Virus record (IMG/VR): IMGVR_UViG_3300044769_000068
Coordinates: 1 to 36,619 of that record
Direction: 5' to 3' (one strand)
Source of the DNA: a virus
Length of the DNA stretch: 36,619 nt
In this document: positions 26,292-35,116 of the stretch, in pieces
Numbering within the stretch: the first letter of the stretch is position 1
Layout: every line of letters starts with the position of its first letter
Translations under genes and position numbers: made by a program
Notes under the pieces: model-generated
Told to the model about the DNA's origin: nothing
What the model saw: the letters and a program-made list of their open reading frames with translations, nothing else
Database searches by the model: none

Positions 26292-26362
26292 TGACCTATG
26301 GTGAAACAGTATCACGGTTGGCTTTGAACCAGCAGTCCGAGGGGCGGCACCTCGTGGGTCAG
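26292..26362 (+). tRNA. tRNA-Gln(TTG), T loop GGCGGCA
   Basis: GTTGG-ctTTGaa-CCAGC; U1:A72, G73. Confidence 0.82.
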
Positions 26363-26369
26363 CATACAT

Positions 26370-26440
26370 TGGCACATCGTTCAACGGTAGGACAAACGGC
26401 TCTGACCCGTTCAATCGAGGTTCAAATCCTTGTGTGCCAG
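26370..26440 (+). tRNA. tRNA-Gln(CTG)
   Basis: AACGG-ctCTGac-CCGTT. Confidence 0.9.
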
Positions 26441-26588
26441 CATAAGAAAGCCTGTGGTCATAGAACTCATCAGCCAAGAGCTGAAGGAGATGGGCTAGCC
26501 CTAGTGCGTTAGTCTTGATTTTAGATTGGTGCCAGGTGATGGAATACTGGCTCAAATACCGTTATACCCAGACGGAGCCAATCTTTAC

Positions 26589-26672
26589 GGTAAGGGTCCG
26601 GCATGGACGAGGACACCGGCTTGAACCCGGCTGGCTGTAAAAGGCTCAGGAGTTCGATTCTCCTCCTTATCG
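26589..26672 (+). tRNA. tRNA-Ser(TGA)
   Basis: ctTGAac loop, long V arm, G73. Confidence 0.85.
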
Positions 26673-26768
26673 CACGTGCAAGACAGGAAAAGTCTAAGGA
26701 AATCGCCAACGCCTTAGAGGACTGAGTAATCAACGCAGGGTGGCTCCGGTTGATTCGTCTTGCCGTTT

Positions 26769-26859
26769 GGTGGAATACTCTAGTCTGGTAAGAGGCAGTC
26801 TTGGAAAGGCTGTGCACACGGTGAGAGCCGTTACGTAGGTTCGAACCCTACTTCCACCG
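26769..26859 (+). tRNA. tRNA-Ser(GGA)
   Basis: CAGTC-ttGGAaa-GGCTG, long V arm. Confidence 0.9.
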
Positions 26860-26877
26860 CATAAAAAGGAGAAATGC

Positions 26878-27048
26878 ATGGATGCTGACTTAATTAAAAG
26901 GGTCGTTTCATTATGTGTTGAAGGTCTTACAACAGACGGCGGTCATCACAAACAGTGGTATTTAGAGCAGATTCTTAGATCGATTTCTGGGGCTCGTTAT
27001 CATGAATTTAAACGAGAACATGAATGGGAAAAGGGAATAGCACCATAA
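26878..27048 (+). CDS. Small phage hypothetical protein (56 aa; not in ORF track)
   Basis: SD AGGAG; DGGHHKQWYLEQI...WEKGIAP. Confidence 0.75.
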   Translation: MDADLIKRVVSLCVEGLTTDGGHHKQWYLEQILRSISGARYHEFKREHEWEKGIAP

Positions 27049-27049
27049 C

Positions 27050-27081
27050 GGTAGGGATCCGGCTGGATGAGAAATAGTCTT
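27050..27081 (+). pseudogene. 5' half-remnant of a tRNA-Ser-like gene
   Basis: GGTAGGGATCCGGCTGGATGAG resembles the 5' end of tRNA-Ser(TGA) at 26589. Confidence 0.45.
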
Positions 27082-27168
27082 GGTAAGATGCTAGAGTCTG
27101 GCTAATTAGCTCCGTTTCGAAAGCGGATGGGTGTAAAAGCCACGTGAGTTCGAATCTCACTCTTACCC
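27082..27168 (+). tRNA. tRNA-Ser(CGA)
   Basis: TCCGT-ttCGAaa-GCGGA, long V arm. Confidence 0.88.
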
Positions 27169-27226
27169 ATAAGTAGCAAAAAGCCTCGAACTCTTCCTAA
27201 TTTAGAACATTAGGAGGAAAGAAATC

Positions 27227-27871
27227 ATGTATAAATTCGTAGTCTATAAAACAATAAATCGTATCAATAATCGTTATTATGTTGGTGTTCACAGAACCAA
27301 AGACATAAACGATAGATACTTGGGTTCTGGCATTCTTTTAAAGGTTGCAATCAAGAAGTATGGTAAAGAGAACTTCACAAAAGAGATCCTTGCAATCTTC
27401 GATTCTTATGAAGAAGCTTTCAATAAAGAACGAGAAATTGTTACTCTTGAATTAATAGAAAAGGGCGAATGCTATAACCTTCATTGCGGTGGCGATGGAA
27501 ATTGGGATAGCATCAACTACGGAAAGTTAAAATATCTTCATCCCTCGTCTAATTGGGCTGTCGCAGATAAAAAGATTAAAGAAAGAATGACAAAGGGCGG
27601 TCTAAAGGGATTTAAGCACGCAAGAGAAATTAAATCTCAGATGATAAAAGACGGCCTACTTAAAAATGATTCTTTTAAAGGCAAAAGACATTCAGACGAG
27701 TTTAAGCAAAGATTATCGATTATAATGAAAGAAAAACAATGCGGAGAAAACAATTCACAATACGGGACTTGTTGGATTCATAATGATTCACAGAGCAAGA
27801 AAGTACGAAAAGAAGAGTTGGATGGTTTTATAGAAAGTGGTTGGAAAAAGGGTAGAGTACTCAAGTGGTAA
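27227..27871 (+). mobile_element. Free-standing GIY-YIG homing endonuclease (Seg-like, NUMOD3-type motif)
   Basis: VVYKTIN..N.RYYVGVH...YLGSG...E; FKGKRHSDEFK; AT-rich. Confidence 0.85.
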
Positions 27872-27935
27872 AGAGGGGAGTTTGCTAAACTCTTAGGGTG
27901 TAAAAGCCGCGCAGGTTCGAATCCTGCCTCTATCG
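27851..27935 (+). tRNA. tRNA-Ser(GCT)
   Basis: GGAGT-ttGCTaa-ACTCT, long V arm. Confidence 0.9.
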
Positions 27936-27938
27936 CAC

Positions 27939-28010
27939 GTCCTTGTAGGCTAATGGATAAACCGAATGGCTACGAACCATTCATTGTGAGTTCGAATCTC
28001 GCCGAGGACA
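27939..28010 (+). tRNA. tRNA-Arg(ACG)
   Basis: AATGG-ctACGaa-CCATT. Confidence 0.9.
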
Positions 28011-28011
28011 C

Positions 28012-28191
28012 ATGAAATATTTATACTGGATAAATATCCACTACGCATGTTATGGTATAATAGTACATGACGGCGTAGTAATCGAGGCACCGCCGATTGC
28101 TAAGTGGGCCATTGGTAAGACCTTCGATGATTTCAAGAAGTTCGTCAAGAAAAAAAACGGCCAGATAAAAGGTAAGCATCTGCCGGGTTAG
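28012..28191 (+). CDS. Small phage hypothetical protein (59 aa; not in ORF track)
   Basis: MKYLYWINIHYACYGIIVHDGVVIEAPPIAKWAIGK... Confidence 0.65.
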   Translation: MKYLYWINIHYACYGIIVHDGVVIEAPPIAKWAIGKTFDDFKKFVKKKNGQIKGKHLPG

Positions 28192-28252
28192 TCTAATGGT
28201 AAGACGCCTCTTTGGTAAGGAGGAAACACGAGTCCGATTCTCGTACTTGGCT
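28182..28252 (+). tRNA. tRNA-Thr(GGT)
   Basis: CCTCT-ttGGTaa-GGAGG. Confidence 0.85.
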
Positions 28253-28255
28253 CAT

Positions 28256-28328
28256 GGCTCTTTGGGTGAATGGTTATAGCCAGCTGCCTGCAAAGCAGTG
28301 AAAACTGGTTCAATTCCAGTAAGAGCCT
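28256..28328 (+). tRNA. tRNA-Cys(GCA)
   Basis: GCTGC-ctGCAaa-GCAGT, U73. Confidence 0.9.
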
Positions 28329-28335
28329 CATTTGT

Positions 28336-28364
28336 TGTACAACCGCTGTAATTTATGATATAAT
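28336..28364 (+). promoter_or_regulatory. Phage promoter
   Basis: TGTACA-N17-TATAAT. Confidence 0.8.
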
Positions 28365-28417
28365 GGATTCAAATGGAACAAGGTGATTGTTCCACTTACA
28401 ACAGGGAGGAGATCCCA

Positions 28418-29488
28418 ATGCGAAAATACCAATACGCCGTATTCATTGGCCGGTTCCAGCCACTCCACAATGGACACTTAGAAAACATCCAAAATGCGTT
28501 GAAGATTGCTGACAAGGTTCTTATACTTGTCGGCTCTGCTTTCGCCGCCCGCAACATCCGAAATCCCTTTACATTTGAAGAGCGTAAACGAATGATTCTC
28601 AATTCTTTCGGCTTTAATAGTTGGCGTGACGATCCGCCAAAAGACGAAGAAGGTGTAGTCATATTCAATCGTTTGCTTATTAAACCCGTTAGAGACTTCC
28701 TCTACAACGATCAAGATTGGATCGCTGAAGTACAAGGCGTTGTTAACGAGGAGATCGATCAATTCGATGAGGACGTCAAAGTGGTGCTTGTGGGAATGAA
28801 GAAGGACGATACTACGTTCTATCTTGATATGTTTCCACAGTGGAATTTTGTGGCAACTAATGAGGTTGTAAGCCACGCCGCCACAATTATTAGGGACAAG
28901 TATTTCACTTATGAAATTGATTATCGATTTCTTGATTGCCCTGATCCCGTAAAAGCATTTCTACAGGACTTTAGGCAGACAGAAGATTATATCCATCTTT
29001 CAGATGAGCACTCTTTTGTCAAGAAATATAGAGAGTCTTTCAGCGCTCTTCCGTATCCGCCGACGTTTGTTACAACTGATGCAGTAGTCCTTTGTAACGG
29101 ACACGTGCTGCTTGTCAAACGAAAGGCTAACCCTGGAAAAGGGTTGTGGGCGCTCCCTGGCGGCTTCATCAAACACGACGAGAGGATTGACGATTGTACG
29201 ATTAGAGAGCTTAAAGAAGAGACACGGATCGAGGTTCACAAGAATGTGATTAAAGGGTCTTTTGTGACGTCCAACGTTTTTGACGCTCCAAACAGATCAT
29301 TGAGAGGTCGTACGATTACACACGCTTCGTTATATGTTCTTAGGCAGATTGCTTTGCCTAAGGTGAAGGGAAGCGACGATGCTGAAAAGGCTAAATGGTT
29401 TCCATACGTAGAGTTCTATGACATGGAAGACAAGCTTTATGAAGATCATTTCCACATTGTAAAGCACTTTATTGGATTGGCCCGATAA
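28418..29488 (+). CDS. nadM: Bifunctional NMN adenylyltransferase / ADP-ribose pyrophosphatase (NadM-Nudix)
   Basis: FIGRFQPLHNGH, NPFTFEER; Nudix box GGF...E....CTIRELKEET. Confidence 0.92.
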   Translation: MRKYQYAVFIGRFQPLHNGHLENIQNALKIADKVLILVGSAFAARNIRNPFTFEERKRMILNSFGFNSWRDDPPKDEEGVVIFNRLLIKPVRDFLYNDQDWIAEVQGVVNEEIDQFDEDVKVVLVGMKKDDTTFYLDMFPQWNFVATNEVVSHAATIIRDKYFTYEIDYRFLDCPDPVKAFLQDFRQTEDYIHLSDEHSFVKKYRESFSALPYPPTFVTTDAVVLCNGHVLLVKRKANPGKGLWALPGGFIKHDERIDDCTIRELKEETRIEVHKNVIKGSFVTSNVFDAPNRSLRGRTITHASLYVLRQIALPKVKGSDDAEKAKWFPYVEFYDMEDKLYEDHFHIVKHFIGLAR

Positions 29489-29524
29489 CCGCGGAGAGCG
29501 GTTGGGACAGGAAGGAGATTCCAA

Positions 29525-30901
29525 ATGGATAACATGATTCTTATGACCGACAGCTACAAGGCAAGCCACTGGAAGCAGTATCCGCCAGGTACGACTGATG
29601 TTTATTCTTACATTGAGGCACGGGGTGGGGACTTTCCAGAGACAGTGTTTTTCGGATTACAAATGATTCTTAAGAAGTTCTTTGTCAGGCCGATCACTCA
29701 GGAGATGATTGATGAGGCTGATGAGTTCTTCAAGATACACGGAGAGCCTTTTAACAAGGAAGGGTGGGAGTACATCCTCAAGAAGCATAATGGTTATCTT
29801 CCTCTACGAATCATGGCCGTTCCAGAAGGACGGAGAGTAAACCTCAAGAATATTCTGGTGTCTGTTGAAAATACAGATCCAGAATGCTATTGGCTTACTT
29901 CTTACATCGAGACAGTTCTTATGAGGGCTGTCTGGTATCCGACAACTGTGGCAACCAATTCTTACCGGGCTAAGCGGCTGATCTACGATTTCCTCAAGGC
30001 AACATGCGATGACCCTGATGGGCAGATCATGTTCAGACTTCACGACTTTGGCGGTCGTGGCGTTTCTTCAGGCGAATCGGCTGAGATTGGAGGCGCAGCC
30101 CACTTAGTGAACTTCATGGGTTCTGATACAGTAGAGGGAATTTGGGCTGCCAACAAGTACTACAATGCTGGGATGGCTGGATTTTCTATTCCTGCAGCTG
30201 AGCACAGCACGATTTGTGTTTGGGGCCGAGGAAATGAAGCTGACGCTTATAGAAATATGGTGAATGCTTATGGCGGCCCTGGCAAGATTTATGCTTGTGT
30301 CTCGGATAGCTATGATATTTATAACGCCGCTGACAATATCTGGGGAAAACAACTGAAAGACCTTGTTCTGAAAACGGGTGGTACGTTAGTAGTAAGACCT
30401 GATAGTGGTCATCCGCCTACGGTAGTAGCCCGACTGCTGCAAATCCTTGGCGATCGGTTTGGTTGCACTGTCAATGGAAAAGGCTTTAAAGTATTGAATC
30501 CAGCGATCCGTGTCATCCAAGGCGATGGTTGTACTCTCCAGATGATCAACGAGATTCTTCATGCAATGTGGAAGAATCAGTGGTCTGCAGAGAATGTCGC
30601 TTTCGGAATGGGTGGCGGTCTCTTGCAGAAACTTGACCGCGATACTTTCAAGTTTGCTATGAAGGCATCGTACGCAAAAGTGAATGGCAAAGAGATCCTT
30701 GTCTACAAGGAGCCGATTACTGACGAGGTTAAAATCTCGAAGAAGGGCAAGCTGGCTCTTGTAGAAACAATGGATGGATACGAAACCGTCATGCAAGGCA
30801 CTAAATGGTACGATCGGGACGTCCTTGAAGAAGTATTCCTGAACGGCAAGATTACCAAGGAATACACGTTTGAGGAAGTCAGAAAGAACGTGGCATATTA
30901 A
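29525..30901 (+). CDS. nadV: Nicotinamide phosphoribosyltransferase (NAMPT)
   Basis: TDSYKASHW.QYPP, LHDFGGRG, SIPAAEHS, VSDSYD, VRPDSG, VIQGDG, FGMGGGLLQ. Confidence 0.95.
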   Translation: MDNMILMTDSYKASHWKQYPPGTTDVYSYIEARGGDFPETVFFGLQMILKKFFVRPITQEMIDEADEFFKIHGEPFNKEGWEYILKKHNGYLPLRIMAVPEGRRVNLKNILVSVENTDPECYWLTSYIETVLMRAVWYPTTVATNSYRAKRLIYDFLKATCDDPDGQIMFRLHDFGGRGVSSGESAEIGGAAHLVNFMGSDTVEGIWAANKYYNAGMAGFSIPAAEHSTICVWGRGNEADAYRNMVNAYGGPGKIYACVSDSYDIYNAADNIWGKQLKDLVLKTGGTLVVRPDSGHPPTVVARLLQILGDRFGCTVNGKGFKVLNPAIRVIQGDGCTLQMINEILHAMWKNQWSAENVAFGMGGGLLQKLDRDTFKFAMKASYAKVNGKEILVYKEPITDEVKISKKGKLALVETMDGYETVMQGTKWYDRDVLEEVFLNGKITKEYTFEEVRKNVAY

Positions 30902-30902
30902 T

Positions 30903-31691
30903 ATGAAAGTAATAAATCATAGAGAATTTGCCAATGGGCAAGTCTTTGCATTGAAGCTTTACGACGGGATGCTGATTGAAACGACCGATACGTTCCTTCC
31001 GTTCTATACGAAGGATGCGGCATCTCAGCACGATAATGCTCTTCATAGCAAATACTGGGTGGGCGACCGGTCAGAAAGATGGATGATTGGTGTTTCCACA
31101 ATGTCTGGATGTCCTGTGAAATGCAAGTTTTGTGCCGCGGGTAAGCTAAAACAGTGGAGAAACTTGACGGCCGAAGAGATAGTCAATCAGATTCTCTTCG
31201 TACGAGAACAGAATCACAACAACGATCCTCGGTATTGTAAAGAGTTCAAGGTAAACTACACAAGAATGGGAGAGCCCTTTCTGAACATCTTTGAGGTACA
31301 AAAGGCAATAAGTATGATTAGCCGGATGCACCCTAGTGCTCACCATTATGTGTCGACGATTGGGCTAAAAGGGTCCGACTTCTCATGGATAAAGGACAAC
31401 ATTACGTTACAGATTTCCCTCCATTCGTTGGACGAGGAAAGGCGGAAGTGGCTTATACCAATAAACAACCTGATGACTCTAGAGGAGCTGGGAGCTATCA
31501 GAACGGGTAGTCATTTGAAAACTACAATCAACTTGACACTTGTGGACGAAAAAGACTTTGACATCAAGAAACTCCGCAAATACTTCGATCCCAAGTACTT
31601 CTTCATCAAGCTGTCTCCGATCAATGAGAATGAGATCAGCAAAGGAAATGACTTAGGCAAGGGCGTCATTGAACAACTCAATCTTGTCTAG
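30903..31691 (+). CDS. RlmN/Cfr-like radical SAM protein lacking the C-terminal catalytic Cys segment
   Basis: VSTMSGCPVKCKFCA, RNLTAEEIVNQI, MGEPFLN, VSTIG, LQISLHS...R.WLIP. Confidence 0.85.
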   Translation: MKVINHREFANGQVFALKLYDGMLIETTDTFLPFYTKDAASQHDNALHSKYWVGDRSERWMIGVSTMSGCPVKCKFCAAGKLKQWRNLTAEEIVNQILFVREQNHNNDPRYCKEFKVNYTRMGEPFLNIFEVQKAISMISRMHPSAHHYVSTIGLKGSDFSWIKDNITLQISLHSLDEERRKWLIPINNLMTLEELGAIRTGSHLKTTINLTLVDEKDFDIKKLRKYFDPKYFFIKLSPINENEISKGNDLGKGVIEQLNLV

Positions 31692-31704
31692 AAGGGAGGA
31701 CCAA

Positions 31705-31827
31705 ATGGAAACTATTAAGAAGCAGTTGGCTGAAGAAGGCTATGAGTTTGCGGTCGCTGTCGCAACTCAGGCTGAGATTGAGGCTGGGGCGGCTTGTGGG
31801 CAGTTGTCAATTATTTCTGAAGAATAA
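31705..31827 (+). CDS. 40-aa peptide corresponding to the RlmN/Cfr C-terminus (AACGQL; not in ORF track)
   Basis: Own SD GGGAGG; METIKKQLAEEGYEFAVAVATQAEIEAGAACGQLSIISEE. Confidence 0.85.
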   Translation: METIKKQLAEEGYEFAVAVATQAEIEAGAACGQLSIISEE

Positions 31828-31830
31828 CGA

Positions 31831-31860
31831 TGTACAATTGTGGCAGAAGTATGATATAAT
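31831..31860 (+). promoter_or_regulatory. Phage promoter
   Basis: TGTACA-N18-TATAAT. Confidence 0.7.
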
Positions 31861-32170
31861 GTACTTACAATGGCGGATAGGAGAGATTTTAGTGATCCTG
31901 AGTCCGTCCGGGTGGGCTCCCGTAACTACCAGAACAGCCCATGAGCGCAGTACAGAGAAGTACAGGTTTGGCCGTTCCTGTTAAAAACGGCCAGCCATTA
32001 CGTTTCCTCGTTAGAACACCATAATTTAGTACTTACCGATGTTGCATGGGAGGTTGAAATATGCATACTGTAAGAGAAGCAGTTAGAAAAATTATCGATG
32101 AGTTGCGTGCTCAGATCGAGGCTTCTAAAAAGAAACTCGTGAAAAGGGCTACTCGAAAGAAGTAAGCTGT

Positions 32171-32241
32171 GCCCTTGTAGCTTAATGGAAAAGCAGCGGT
32201 TTTGTAAACCGCCGATGTTGGTTCGATTCCGACCTGGGGCT
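32171..32241 (+). tRNA. tRNA-Thr(TGT)
   Basis: GCGGT-ttTGTaa-ACCGC. Confidence 0.9.
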
Positions 32242-32263
32242 CACCAAATAAAAAGGAGTACGT

Positions 32264-32455
32264 ATGGCTAAAAAGAAAAGTCCGATGACAAAGAGACCGA
32301 GCACGCTGGTCGTAGCACCGGGATGTGAAGCTTGCAGCAAAGTGTGCAAATACAACGGCCCTGTTGCTGATCCTTTTATGGCGGCAGAGTGGAAACGAGA
32401 AGAGCCCTACGGTTGTAATTCAAAACTTACGGGCTTTGGACTAGAAGGAGTATGA
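32264..32455 (+). CDS. Hypothetical protein
   Basis: SD AGGAG. Confidence 0.6.
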   Translation: MAKKKSPMTKRPSTLVVAPGCEACSKVCKYNGPVADPFMAAEWKREEPYGCNSKLTGFGLEGV

Positions 32456-32627
32456 AATGGACGCGCAGAAGATTAAGGAAATTCAGGGATTAATAACTAG
32501 ACATCAAAAAGCAGTTCTGCCTCAGCCGCCACGTCCTGCAGGTCATAATCGTCAGGATGAAGATTTAAATAAGGTGGCAGCCAATGATATTATTGGAAAG
32601 GGTGGAGAGTCAGATCTCCGCAAATAA

Positions 32628-32963
32628 ATGAAAATTGAAATAGACGTCGATCCGTCTAAAAAAGAAATTGTAATTAAAGATGGCGCAGGAAACGAACGCT
32701 ATGTAAAAAGCATCGTCATTTGCGGAGGCGACGCCACAGCTGGGAAGTTTTATTTATTTGGATGGGGCTCTTCTGCAGATGGCGGCTGGGCGTTAGCTCA
32801 TTCGCTAAAGGCTACGGAAGATCCTTTTTACAAGAGGTTGTTCGATCACTTCTTTAGATGGCTGGGAATCAATAACGGGATGGCTATTGTTGGAGAAGAG
32901 CCTGAAGCTATTTTAAAGAGGTGGGAGGCAGAAGACAAGAAAAACACTCCGACGTACAATTAA
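32628..32963 (+). CDS. Hypothetical protein
   Basis: ORF in operon context. Confidence 0.65.
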   Translation: MKIEIDVDPSKKEIVIKDGAGNERYVKSIVICGGDATAGKFYLFGWGSSADGGWALAHSLKATEDPFYKRLFDHFFRWLGINNGMAIVGEEPEAILKRWEAEDKKNTPTYN

Positions 32964-32968
32964 CAAAC

Positions 32969-33041
32969 GCCCTTGTAGGCTAAGTGGATAAACCATCAGG
33001 TTTCTACCCTGAGTTTGGGGGTTCGAGTCCTCCCAAGGGCG
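32969..33041 (+). tRNA. tRNA-Arg(TCT)
   Basis: TCAGG-ttTCTac-CCTGA. Confidence 0.9.
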
Positions 33042-33044
33042 CAT

Positions 33045-33118
33045 GGCTTCGTAGGCCAATTGGCAGAGTCAGCAGGCTCAAACCCTGTTCAGTGTCAGTT
33101 CGAATCTGACCGGAGCCA
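33045..33118 (+). tRNA. tRNA-Leu(CAA), short variable loop
   Basis: GCAGG-ctCAAac-CCTGT. Confidence 0.88.
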
Positions 33119-33140
33119 CATCATACAAAAGGAGACGCAT

Positions 33141-33353
33141 ATGGGATGGCAAGCACGCTTGAAGGATAAGCCCAAGTTTGAGAGAACATGCAATAAGTGC
33201 GGTGGCACAGGAATTAAGAGAAAATACATCTCAGTCAACGGCATTCAGGGAGAAGAAATAAGAAAGTGTAAATGCAGCTTGCCCAAGGTAGAAGCCAAGA
33301 TCATTCCTGCAGAAGTAATAATCGATGCGGACTCAGCTATTCGTTCGTCATAA
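33141..33353 (+). CDS. Small Zn-finger protein
   Basis: SD AGGAG; CNKCGGTG...CKC. Confidence 0.65.
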   Translation: MGWQARLKDKPKFERTCNKCGGTGIKRKYISVNGIQGEEIRKCKCSLPKVEAKIIPAEVIIDADSAIRSS

Positions 33354-33358
33354 ATCGT

Positions 33359-33387
33359 TGTACAATCCTCTATAATTGTTTTATAAT
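33359..33387 (+). promoter_or_regulatory. Phage promoter
   Basis: TGTACA-N17-TATAAT. Confidence 0.75.
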
Positions 33388-33420
33388 GTTTTTAAATAAC
33401 CACCAAAGAGGTGCATTCAC

Positions 33421-34419
33421 ATGTCTGTTTTTCATTCCTACGAAAAAGTTGAACGTCTAGAAAAAGAAGAGTGCGATGGCATTCTCAATGGCATTTGCTA
33501 CATCTTTGAGAAGCTAGACGGTGCTAACGCACAGATCTATCTAGACACTGTCACTAACGAGATTGCGTTCGGTAGTCGCAACCGGGTTCTCGGCATTGGT
33601 GACAATCTTGTCTCGGGAGATTCTTTTAGAGGCTTTGCTGGCTGGGTAAAGGAAAACAAACTCAGCTTAAGCAATTTCTTCACTATTTATCCCGACTATA
33701 TTCTCATGGGCGAGTGGCTTATTAAGCATTCTCTTCCGTACCATGCTTCCGCGTATCAAAATTTCTATGTTTTTGATGTCTACAACACTGTCAAAGAGCG
33801 ATACGTCCGTTTTGCTGACGGCGATGATGCCTACGTGTGGAATACTGTTCAAAAAGCGGGTCTTAAGACTATCAAGCTAGACGACGCGCTCACTAATCCG
33901 ACAATGGAAGATCTGCAGAGAATGCTTGGTATTCCTTCGTACTACGGCGCTCCGTTTCGCGAGGGCATCGTAATTAAGAATTACGATTTCGTGAACAAGT
34001 GGGGTCGCCAGCCTTATGGTAAACTTCTTCATGAAACTTTCAAGGAAGTCAAAGCTACTCCAAAAGCTCCCGCAGGTGAAGACGCAATTGAAAGGGCTGT
34101 TCAGGTTCAGTACGTTACTGAAGCTCGTGTAAATAAGATTTGCTACAAAATCAAGTATCTTGAAGTCTGCAAAATGCCAGAGTTTTCAGCTGACGACAAC
34201 GTTAGTTCTGCTGTAGAGAAATATAGACTTGAAATGAAGCATGTCCCTCAAGTTATCAACATGGTTTGGTATGACATCATCACAGAGGATATGAACGACA
34301 TTCTCAAGCGCCTCAAGGATCCAACTATTAATTTCAAGCTATTGAAGAGACTTGTATTTGAACGGGCAAAGGAATACTATATCCGTAGCCTACAAGAAGG
34401 AGTATTGCATGAAGGGTAG
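33421..34419 (+). CDS. RNA ligase (Rnl2-like nucleotidyltransferase)
   Basis: EKLDGAN, GSRNR, GEW, FYVFDV, EGIVIKN; no OB domain evident. Confidence 0.8.
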   Translation: MSVFHSYEKVERLEKEECDGILNGICYIFEKLDGANAQIYLDTVTNEIAFGSRNRVLGIGDNLVSGDSFRGFAGWVKENKLSLSNFFTIYPDYILMGEWLIKHSLPYHASAYQNFYVFDVYNTVKERYVRFADGDDAYVWNTVQKAGLKTIKLDDALTNPTMEDLQRMLGIPSYYGAPFREGIVIKNYDFVNKWGRQPYGKLLHETFKEVKATPKAPAGEDAIERAVQVQYVTEARVNKICYKIKYLEVCKMPEFSADDNVSSAVEKYRLEMKHVPQVINMVWYDIITEDMNDILKRLKDPTINFKLLKRLVFERAKEYYIRSLQEGVLHEG

Positions 34420-34843
34420 GATGAAACCATCGACCAGGTACGAACGATTCAGAGAAGCGATCCTGGCTAAGTTCAATGAACAGCATAGTCAAAGTCGTCT
34501 CATCACATTCTTAAAAACAAAGGAGAACATCAACAACGAAATCGCATACTGTTGTGACGAGAACGATGCCTTAAAAGATGACGCTATAAGCATGGCGCAT
34601 TCTTATTGGCAGATTTTTAGGTTAGTTAACCGACCCATTTTATTGAGAGATTTGGAGGTGTTTGCTGCCTTTACGTACCCTAGCTTTAACACGGTTTCAA
34701 CAAGAAGTGCTTTTTACACGGCGATATCTGTATTGCATAGCATTAATTTAATTGACTATACATTTAGAGAATTAGATGGACGCCCGGCGGACGTGATTCT
34801 GTTTTCTATCCACGAAGATGAACTAACAACTACGGAGGAGTAA
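34409..34843 (+). CDS. Hypothetical protein
   Basis: SD AAGGAG before MKGRMK. Confidence 0.6.
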   Translation: MKGRMKPSTRYERFREAILAKFNEQHSQSRLITFLKTKENINNEIAYCCDENDALKDDAISMAHSYWQIFRLVNRPILLRDLEVFAAFTYPSFNTVSTRSAFYTAISVLHSINLIDYTFRELDGRPADVILFSIHEDELTTTEE

Positions 34844-34845
34844 AT

Positions 34846-35046
34846 ATGTCTATTGGTAAACAAGCTTATGAAGAAATTGCACAGATTGCCCAGCTGGCAC
34901 TGCAGGACGACGCGGTGAAGTTTTACGATAAGGAAACAAACGCAGCCGGTGGTAGGCTGAGAAAGCACTTGAAGGCGATTGCTGACATTGTGCGGGCCGA
35001 GAAAAAGAATATCCTCGAGGTCAGGAACGGGCGATCAAAGAAGTAA
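34846..35046 (+). CDS. Histone H1-like (Hc1-type) small protein
   Basis: D..KF...N.AAG.RLRK.L..I...R motif. Confidence 0.65.
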   Translation: MSIGKQAYEEIAQIAQLALQDDAVKFYDKETNAAGGRLRKHLKAIADIVRAEKKNILEVRNGRSKK

Positions 35047-35063
35047 TTAGTTCTTGGTTGAAC

Positions 35064-35096
35064 AAGGGTGGCAGCTTTAGGGTTGCCACCCTTTTT
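35064..35096 (+). terminator. Rho-independent terminator
   Basis: AAGGGTGGCAGC/GTTGCCACCCTT followed by a T run. Confidence 0.85.
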
Positions 35097-35116
35097 ACTA
35101 ATATCTGGAGGTAGTT

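Noticed and set aside
26589-26672. Selenocysteine or suppressor tRNA / stop-codon recoding
   Set aside because: The anticodon is TGA (reads UCA, Ser), not TCA. No CTA/TTA anticodons were found and long genes are intact under the standard code.
31689-31707. TAG readthrough joining the RlmN-like ORF to the AACGQL segment
   Set aside because: The segments are in different frames (13-nt gap) and the small ORF has its own strong SD.
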